Of a stretch of 64,000 nt of DNA, positions 57,161-64,000 are shown piece by piece. Position numbers and translations under genes: made by a program. Source of the DNA: a virus. The stretch is taken from the IMG/VR virus record IMGVR_UViG_3300035682_000005. One strand, 5' to 3'. The notes beneath the pieces were generated by a model that saw only the letters and a program-made list of their open reading frames with translations, was not told the origin of the DNA and did not search any database. The first letter of the stretch is position 1. Each line of letters opens with the position of its first letter.

Positions 57161-58642
57161 ATGGCAACATTTCCACATGAGTATCAGTATAATCTCAAAG
57201 ATCTGACACTTATATCACACACTGGTAAAGAGATTAGTCTGTACCCTCAGTTTGTTGAGTTTACGTTTGAAGAAACCATTTTTGGTACAACACTACATGG
57301 AACAATATTTGTTGTAGAGTCTATTGATTTGCCTACAATGCTTCCCATGATTGGTGAAGAAAAGATCAGAATCTCATTCACGCGACTTGACGAGAACACT
57401 GGTGATGAGCTTAATCCAATTAGTTTTGAGATGCCCATATACTCACTGTATGGTAAAAAGCAAGATGGAAAATCAGGCAAACGTCAAACATACAATCTTG
57501 CATACTGCTCAAATGCAGTTTACAAAAATTTGAACGCCGTAGTTTCAAAATCGTTCAAGAGCATGCCATATAGCGACATTGTGAAAAACATCTATGAGAC
57601 GTATTTGCAAGAAGATGGCAAACCTATAGAAGTTGAGCCAACAAAAAGCGCAATGAACTATGTTGTGCAGAACCAACGACCAATTAAAGCTATCAAAACA
57701 ATCTGCAAACGATCAACTTCAAACGAAGGTAACGGCTCGTTTTACGTGTTTTTTGAAGATCGAGACAAGTTCAATTTTGTCACAATGAGAAAATTAATAA
57801 AGCAAGATCCAATACGAACATTCTATCAAGGCACAAAAAACATGCCCACGCCTGGTGAAGGCCCCCTTGCTCGTGCGTTTAAGAATCTGTCGCAAGACAT
57901 GTACAATGCATCGACAGTAAAAGAAGAAAGTGGCTTTGATATACTGTCTTCTGCAATGAAAGGTGAGGGTGCATCGAGTATTTTAACGGTCGATCCAATT
58001 CGCAGAAACTTTTCATTCAAAACGTTTGACTTGCGTGGGCAACCACAAGAGCAATCAAACACTCAGACTGGAGAACAATCACCTGCACAATTAATTATTG
58101 ACGGTATAACAAAATTGATTGGTTCGCCTGCACCACTTGAATTCATAACAGGCTCAGACTTTGCGTCTATTGTTGGTGAAGCCGCATCAAAGTCATTTAC
58201 AAACAACAACAAGATGTTTGTGAACCCTCGAACTAATCTTAAAGTTGTCATTGGTGATTCTGGGCAAGATACTCAAGAGTACATATCACAAAAAGATCCC
58301 TCAGTTAGACCATACGCACCAGAAGAGTTCTTAAATCAACGTGAGGCAGAGAAGGCTAGCTTTTTGAAGCATGTTATATCAGCATCGTTACCTGGTGATC
58401 CAACAATCAAAGTTGGCTCCGTCGTGAAGTTTGACATACCAGAAAAGACTGGTCGTATTAGTGATCAGAATCCAGAAGAATTGGATAAGTATCTTCAAGG
58501 CAACTACATTGTAGTGAGTGTTGCACACATTGTAACAAAAGATAGTTACAAAATGAATGTGGAACTTATGAAAAACTCTCCAGAGAACGATATCAATCCA
58601 CGCGACTTGTTTAATGAGTATGGAATTCGCACTGACGAATAA
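57161..58642 (+). CDS. baseplate hub protein (gp27/gpD-like)
   Basis: LP.IGEE, FFED, PGD..VG, G.Y.V..V.H. Confidence 0.7.
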   Translation: MATFPHEYQYNLKDLTLISHTGKEISLYPQFVEFTFEETIFGTTLHGTIFVVESIDLPTMLPMIGEEKIRISFTRLDENTGDELNPISFEMPIYSLYGKKQDGKSGKRQTYNLAYCSNAVYKNLNAVVSKSFKSMPYSDIVKNIYETYLQEDGKPIEVEPTKSAMNYVVQNQRPIKAIKTICKRSTSNEGNGSFYVFFEDRDKFNFVTMRKLIKQDPIRTFYQGTKNMPTPGEGPLARAFKNLSQDMYNASTVKEESGFDILSSAMKGEGASSILTVDPIRRNFSFKTFDLRGQPQEQSNTQTGEQSPAQLIIDGITKLIGSPAPLEFITGSDFASIVGEAASKSFTNNNKMFVNPRTNLKVVIGDSGQDTQEYISQKDPSVRPYAPEEFLNQREAEKASFLKHVISASLPGDPTIKVGSVVKFDIPEKTGRISDQNPEELDKYLQGNYIVVSVAHIVTKDSYKMNVELMKNSPENDINPRDLFNEYGIRTDE

Positions 58643-58742
58643 TACTTCCATCCATTCTTGGCAATTCAGTTGAATTATTTACTAGACTGTTCTTCAGCCT
58701 GTGTTATACTGTACTCATCCTTATTTAAGGGGAATTGTAAAA

Positions 58743-58925
58743 GTGACTAATAAGAAAGTGTCTGATCACAAAGACAATAAAAAAACTAAAGATGTTTCCG
58801 AAGAGTTGAAACGAAAAAAAGCTCTCAAGAAACTTCAACAAGAAGATGAAGAGGAGAACTACTTTTCTGAGCTACTAGAAGACGTTGATGATGACGTATA
58901 TCAAATGCTCAAGAAATTGAAGTAA
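58743..58925 (+). CDS. small charged hypothetical protein
   Basis: GTG start after TAGACT-17-TATACT promoter (58683-58711). Confidence 0.5.
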   Translation: MTNKKVSDHKDNKKTKDVSEELKRKKALKKLQQEDEEENYFSELLEDVDDDVYQMLKKLK

Positions 58926-58931
58926 TTTATT

Positions 58932-59351
58932 ATGAATCGTAAATTGTATTACCTTGCTTCACCATATACACACAAAGATCCTGTTATTAAGAAGCATCGC
59001 GCAGACGCCGTAACAGAAACCGCCGTTGATCTATTACACCATGGCATATTTGTATTTGCACCTATCTCATATAACGAGCCGTGGGAAAAATATAATCTTC
59101 CTGGAGATTGGAACTTTTGGTGCGAATTTGATAAAACATTTGTAGAGCGTTGCGACGGTGGCATCATTGTGTTAATGCTTGATGGATGGGATAAGAGCGT
59201 CGGCGTTACAGCCGAGATTGATTTTGCAAAATCTTGCGGACTTCCCATATACTATGCGACACAAGATCAGATCAAAAATGGAGACCTGAGTTTCTTGATG
59301 CCCGAATCATCGAAACAGCGCGGATTGTTCTGTGCGTATTCTAAACTATAG
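58932..59351 (+). CDS. DUF1937 / nucleoside deoxyribosyltransferase-like protein
   Basis: YLASPY, F.PI, W..D, GW..S.GV.AE. Confidence 0.8.
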   Translation: MNRKLYYLASPYTHKDPVIKKHRADAVTETAVDLLHHGIFVFAPISYNEPWEKYNLPGDWNFWCEFDKTFVERCDGGIIVLMLDGWDKSVGVTAEIDFAKSCGLPIYYATQDQIKNGDLSFLMPESSKQRGLFCAYSKL

Positions 59352-59359
59352 GATGAATT

Positions 59360-59647
59360 ATGCCATACATTAAACAAGACCACAGAAAGCAACTAGAATC
59401 GTCGCTCAGTGATTTGGCACAAAACATTGCAGAAACCGCAGGCAACGATATTTCAGTTTTACCTGGTTTGTTGAACTACACTATAACATGTCTTGTTAAA
59501 CGGTGCTACGCAGCATTCAAAACAAAGATGTCATATGCAGATCACAATGCAGTGGTGGGAATGCTCGATTGTGCAAAGATGGAGTTTTATCGCAGAGCAA
59601 CAGCACCATATGAAGATGAAAAGGTGATAGAAAATGGTGATGTGTAA
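59360..59647 (+). CDS. conserved phage hypothetical protein
   Basis: MPYIK..R, G.LNY.IT, EFYRR..PYED.K..NGDV. Confidence 0.75.
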   Translation: MPYIKQDHRKQLESSLSDLAQNIAETAGNDISVLPGLLNYTITCLVKRCYAAFKTKMSYADHNAVVGMLDCAKMEFYRRATAPYEDEKVIENGDV

Positions 59648-59761
59648 CGGTGATACTTTTGTTGGTGTTGCTTACACAGGCTGAGCAGACAAGTCTGTTC
59701 AGAGGTAATGAAGAATTTGGTATATTGTTTACTACATTTAGAAAATTGTGGGAGATTGAAA

Positions 59762-59995
59762 ATGAGTGCGACTGTTGTAGATCCAATAGCTGTAAAAATT
59801 GCACAAAAATTAAGCGTCATTCGTACGGCCGAACGAGAAAAGGTTGTATCACAAAACAAACTAGAGTCTTTGCTTGAAGAAGTTGATGTTGAAAAAGAGC
59901 GCCTAAATAGGCTTGATTCAATCATCACATCGACAAAATATCAGATAACACACTGTATAAACGATTCGCAAGAATTGTCTGTTGTTGGAGAATAA
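59762..59995 (+). CDS. coiled-coil hypothetical protein
   Basis: GGGAG upstream of ATG 59762. Confidence 0.55.
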   Translation: MSATVVDPIAVKIAQKLSVIRTAEREKVVSQNKLESLLEEVDVEKERLNRLDSIITSTKYQITHCINDSQELSVVGE

Positions 59996-59996
59996 T

Positions 59997-60224
59997 ATGG
60001 TCAAGAAATTTCTTATGGGGTTTATTATAGGGGCAACAATCACTAGCACGTTTTGTGGTTGTGCTACGAAAGTTAAAGGTGGCGCAGGCGTCGTATCGCA
60101 GCAAGTGGTTGCTTGTGTTGATCCAGAGCAGTGCAAAAAGACCATGGCTAAAGATTGTAAAAAAGGTGGCACTATTCACAAAATAGCACCTGCAATTGCT
60201 GTACAATATTCGTGCAATCCTTAA
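59997..60224 (+). CDS. small lipoprotein
   Basis: signal with FCG-C, four further Cys. Confidence 0.55.
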   Translation: MVKKFLMGFIIGATITSTFCGCATKVKGGAGVVSQQVVACVDPEQCKKTMAKDCKKGGTIHKIAPAIAVQYSCNP

Positions 60225-60226
60225 TC

Positions 60227-60760
60227 ATGTCCATGTTGAAACGAGCAAAAGCTATCTTACAAAAGCTAACAGCTCGAAAAGAGTTGCAAAAACCTTTTTT
60301 GCCTAAAAATAAGATGCTTGTACTTCGACCCGACGGTAGTTGGATTTTAAACGACAGTCAAGCGCCGCCGCCTGTGCAGCCTGCAATACCAAACCCAAGT
60401 CCGTGGCATTCTTATGGACCCCTTGATCCAGTTGTTCAAGATATCGATAGAGTGCCCGACTTGCATCCAGAATCAAAAGACTTAAATAAGAAACTGAATG
60501 AATGCATGGCAGCGAACGTCATCACATCATGCTCGCATTCAGTTGATTACAACAACATTTACACACTTGTTGTTGAGTTGCCAAGTTCTGGTGAGACCGT
60601 TATCGACACGAATCAGATCAATGCATTTATTAAAGCAATGCAGTTGAGATATGATTTGAAACTTGCGAGAAAAGAGCGTTGTGTTAGTTCTGTATCAAAC
60701 ATAGTATTTAACACGTTGGTGTTTGAGTATGACATGAGATCGAACTTGTTTAAGAAGTAA
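60227..60760 (+). CDS. hypothetical protein
   Basis: ORF track. Confidence 0.55.
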   Translation: MSMLKRAKAILQKLTARKELQKPFLPKNKMLVLRPDGSWILNDSQAPPPVQPAIPNPSPWHSYGPLDPVVQDIDRVPDLHPESKDLNKKLNECMAANVITSCSHSVDYNNIYTLVVELPSSGETVIDTNQINAFIKAMQLRYDLKLARKERCVSSVSNIVFNTLVFEYDMRSNLFKK

Positions 60761-60761
60761 T

Positions 60762-60974
60762 ATGACCATGGCAAAAATTTACGATTACACTCGTTTTAAA
60801 ATTTTGCGAGAAATTAAAGACCTTGAAAATTTTGTTCGACTCAAGTACGAACAAGCTAAGAAGAATGAGTTTATGTGGTTTGATCATTACACTGTCACTA
60901 ATGCTCGTTCACGCGTTGACGAATTAAAAAAAGAACTTGAGGCACTGAATGATTCATCAATTTCTGAAGAATAA
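60762..60974 (+). CDS. hypothetical protein
   Basis: ORF track. Confidence 0.5.
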   Translation: MTMAKIYDYTRFKILREIKDLENFVRLKYEQAKKNEFMWFDHYTVTNARSRVDELKKELEALNDSSISEE

Positions 60975-61233
60975 AACGATTAAAAAATTGCTTGTCGAGT
61001 TGAATCGCGCTAAAAAACACGGGCACATTGTTTTCATTACGGATATTACAGACATAAAAATTCCTGGAGGTTGCTCAGAAGTGGTCGGAATAGAAATCAT
61101 TTTTACAGACAAAATCACAGACGATCAAGTGTGTAAGATTAGAAAGTATATTGAAGCCAACTACAAGTTTAAAGTTGATACGTCACTGATGGAACTTGGA
61201 AGAATACCAAGAATATTGCTCGTTATGTACTAA
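60949..61233 (+). CDS. hypothetical protein
   Basis: resembles downstream ORF. Confidence 0.55.
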   Translation: MIHQFLKNKTIKKLLVELNRAKKHGHIVFITDITDIKIPGGCSEVVGIEIIFTDKITDDQVCKIRKYIEANYKFKVDTSLMELGRIPRILLVMY

Positions 61234-61270
61234 TATATACTTGTGAGAATATGACAAACGTGTGATTCTT

Positions 61271-61627
61271 ATGCAGAGTAATTCAACAATAGACAAACAA
61301 AAAGCTATTCTTGAAGAATTCATGAAAGCGCAACACAATGGTTTCATTCTTACCATCGACATTGAACTAAAAGAAAAGTCTGGCAAAATCATTTACGATC
61401 CAGATGCTGCTATGTATCGCAACAATGAATGGGAAGATCGCTCCGCAATAACAAGTGATCAATATGTACAAGATTTAAACAACGTTCCAGAGTACAAAAC
61501 GCTATACATACGATTTACTGAAGGTGTTAATAGTGAAGCAATTTTTAAAATTAAAGAGTACGTTGCACAGAAGTATCAATGTCAATGTGCAGTATACGAC
61601 AGACGCATAACTGTTTTTGACTTTTGA
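61271..61627 (+). CDS. hypothetical protein
   Basis: resembles upstream ORF. Confidence 0.55.
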   Translation: MQSNSTIDKQKAILEEFMKAQHNGFILTIDIELKEKSGKIIYDPDAAMYRNNEWEDRSAITSDQYVQDLNNVPEYKTLYIRFTEGVNSEAIFKIKEYVAQKYQCQCAVYDRRITVFDF

Positions 61628-61642
61628 TTACTGAGATTTATT

Positions 61643-62920
61643 ATGACAATATTTCACGACAGAGTAAGCAAGCACATTCTAGTAGACCATTTTGATGTTG
61701 TGTACGACATCAACAAAAGTTTTGGTAATTTCATAGTTGATAAAAACACAGGCCGTCAATTGCTTGATGCATTCAGTTTTATAGCAAGCAATCCTATTGG
61801 ACACAATCACCCAAAGATGTTTGATCCAATATTTGAGTCGCGTCTACTGAGAGTTGCACGAACCAACCCATCAAACTCAGATATCCTTACTGAAGAGTAT
61901 GTTGAGTTTATTGAAACGTTTTTTAATGTAGCAGTGCCAAGCTATTTTAAAGACTCATTTTTCATTGCTGGCGGCAGCCTTGCGGTAGAAAATGCATTGA
62001 AAGCCGCATTTGACTGGAAATATCGCAAGCTCAAAGAACGAGGCATTGTAGCCAATCCAGATGACTTGAAGGTATTACACTTCAAAAATTCGTTTCATGG
62101 CAGATCTGGTTATACACTTTCAGTGACAAACACCGCAGATACCCGAAAGTATGATCTTTTTCCAAAGTTTCCTAACTGGCCACGACTCGAAGCTCCATAC
62201 ACACACGAATTGATTGGCGTGGAAGAGCAAGCAAAACGCGACACGGAATTTTTGCAGTATGCAGACGATGTTGTGACTAAGCTGGGACACAGCGTTGCGG
62301 CAATCTTGATTGAACCAATTCAAGGTGAAGGTGGAGACAACCATTTCACAAAACAATTTCATCAAGGGTTGAGAAAACTTGCCGATGATAAAGAGATGAT
62401 TTTGATATACGATGAAGTGCAAACTGGCGTGGGGCTGACTGGCAAAATGTGGGCACATCAACACTATGATGTAAAGCCAGATATTATTTCATTTGGAAAA
62501 AAAATGCAGGTGTGTGGCATTCTCAGTGGTGACAGAATTCGAGAAGTGAAAAACAATGTGTTTGAAGAAAAATCGCGCATCAACTCAACATGGGGTGGCA
62601 ATCTCACAGACTTTGTTCGTGCACAGAGATATCTTGAGATCATTCATGAAGATAATCTTGTTGATAATGCATCAATCGTTGGTGAATATCTGCTGGCTGG
62701 ATTGAAAAATCTTGGAGTGATGAACGCTCGTGGAAAAGGACTGATGTGTGCATTTGACATGCCAACTCCACAAGACCGTGATGCTCTTGTGAAAAGGTGC
62801 TACGACAATGGATTGTTTTTGCTTGGATGTGGAACAGTTTCAGTGCGAGTGCGTCCATCGTTGACGTTCTCCAAATCCAATGTTGATCAACTTTTGGATA
62901 TTGTCAAAAAGTCGTTATAA
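61643..62920 (+). CDS. lat: class III PLP aminotransferase, L-lysine 6-transaminase-like
   Basis: AVENALK.AFDWK, SFHGRSGY, EPIQGEGGD, DEVQTG, FGKK.QVCG, RINSTWGGNL. Confidence 0.85.
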   Translation: MTIFHDRVSKHILVDHFDVVYDINKSFGNFIVDKNTGRQLLDAFSFIASNPIGHNHPKMFDPIFESRLLRVARTNPSNSDILTEEYVEFIETFFNVAVPSYFKDSFFIAGGSLAVENALKAAFDWKYRKLKERGIVANPDDLKVLHFKNSFHGRSGYTLSVTNTADTRKYDLFPKFPNWPRLEAPYTHELIGVEEQAKRDTEFLQYADDVVTKLGHSVAAILIEPIQGEGGDNHFTKQFHQGLRKLADDKEMILIYDEVQTGVGLTGKMWAHQHYDVKPDIISFGKKMQVCGILSGDRIREVKNNVFEEKSRINSTWGGNLTDFVRAQRYLEIIHEDNLVDNASIVGEYLLAGLKNLGVMNARGKGLMCAFDMPTPQDRDALVKRCYDNGLFLLGCGTVSVRVRPSLTFSKSNVDQLLDIVKKSL

Positions 62921-62957
62921 AATTGACATTGGATTTCCTGGTTGATATATTTGTTAA

Positions 62958-64000
62958 ATGATAATTCGTCAATGTATCCAAGTTCTTGCAATTTTTATCA
63001 TTTCTTTAATCGCAGTAAATTCAAGCACAGCAGAACAAACAATACAGCGAATAGAGCCACGAGTCATTCGCACACACGTCCGTACGTACGGAACAGTCAC
63101 AATTCGCCTTACTCACGAAAAGTTATTTGCAGTTGATACAAGCGCAAACTTTTATCAAGGCGAAATTAAACTTCGATCTGGTTTATTTCCCGTTGCTGCA
63201 TCAGAAATCAATGGAGAGATGAGACTTACATTCAATGGTAGAATTACAGGATCGCGAAAAAGCAGACAGAGAACAATTACAATCAAGTCTCGCAACAATT
63301 TCAACACAGTTCGTGTTAGCTCAATGCCACGGAGTGCTAACCCAGAAAAAGCGTGTGCGACAGAAAGTCATGATCATAGCAACACAGTCCATGCAAGTGC
63401 AGTCGATCAAGACGCAGCAAAAATCAAAGTCATCACGATTAGCACGACTGCCGATGTTGAATGGGTATCACGATTTGGTTCCAGTTCAAATGCAGAAATT
63501 GCAAGCATTATTAATACAGCCGAAGCACTGTATGAAAGACAACTTGGCATTCGTTTTCAGATAGTATCTCAAAGTTTACAAACAGACAGCACACCTGAGT
63601 TGGATCCATCTTTAATTCTTAAAACATTTCAATCAACAGAGCCAGTCAAAGCGAATGTAAACTATCTTTTTACTGGCAAAGATATGTCCGGTGCCACCAT
63701 TGGAATAGCATACGTTGGATCAATCTGCTACGCGCCAGCATATGCATACGGTGTCGTGCAGTTTTACAACACACTCACATCAAGCGTGTTTGCTCATGAG
63801 TTGGGACACAATCTTGGCGCGCGACATGACTTCTCAAATTATGGAAGTCTTATGTATCCGTCAATTTCGCCTGGCACACCATACTTTTCATTAACCAGTC
63901 TTAATGAGATCAACACATTTTTGTCATACTTTAGTTCGTGTCTGGCAGTTGAAGAAGTGCCGGCGCAAAACACACCGGCAAAAATTAAAATTCAGACATC
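62958..64000 (+). CDS. secreted M12B/reprolysin-like zinc metalloprotease, runs off window
   Basis: hand-translated open frame: signal peptide, GIAYVGSIC, HELGHNLGARH (63795), Met-turn LMYP; absent from ORF track because no stop in window. Confidence 0.85.
   Translation, partial: MIIRQCIQVLAIFIISLIAVNSSTAEQTIQRIEPRVIRTHVRTYGTVTIRLTHEKLFAVDTSANFYQGEIKLRSGLFPVAASEINGEMRLTFNGRITGSRKSRQRTITIKSRNNFNTVRVSSMPRSANPEKACATESHDHSNTVHASAVDQDAAKIKVITISTTADVEWVSRFGSSSNAEIASIINTAEALYERQLGIRFQIVSQSLQTDSTPELDPSLILKTFQSTEPVKANVNYLFTGKDMSGATIGIAYVGSICYAPAYAYGVVQFYNTLTSSVFAHELGHNLGARHDFSNYGSLMYPSISPGTPYFSLTSLNEINTFLSYFSSCLAVEEVPAQNTPAKIKIQT

Noticed and set aside
1-64000. Stop-codon reassignment; tRNA genes
   Set aside because: Core genes are full length in the standard code; no cloverleaf found by eye other than the tmRNA ends (tRNAscan not run)

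Overview
This is a 64-kb segment of a large T4-like (myovirus-type) bacteriophage genome in the standard genetic code. A two-component spanin implies a diderm (Gram-negative) host. It holds the T4-type replication module (gp45, gp44/62, regA, split gp43, uvsX, gp41, gp61, RNase H, ligase, gp33, gp59, gp32), nucleotide-metabolism genes (dUTPase, class II RNR, DUF5664-like, HAD nucleotidase, PhoH), lysis genes and part of the baseplate/head-completion block (GH19 hub/tape-measure-like protein, gp51, gp26, gp54, gp2, gp4, gp48, gp53, gp27-like). The main points of interest are: (1) a non-coding RNA neighbourhood at 43.4-46.2 kb with a tmRNA, a discrete ~95-nt structured RNA and a ~240-nt RNA ending in a complete type I hammerhead ribozyme; (2) a DNA polymerase split in the fingers domain around a GmrSD-like DUF262-HNH plus GIY-YIG cassette; (3) at least seven proteins, several of them enzymes, with a T4-like capsid-targeting N-terminus; (4) a helically phased 11-bp/106-bp repeat array; (5) apparently widespread leaderless mRNAs and a non-AUG start for RNase H; (6) unusual accessory enzymes (lysine 6-aminotransferase, secreted reprolysin, GNAT/2OG-hydroxylase pair). 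All calls come from reading motifs and synteny by eye. No searches or folding programs were run.
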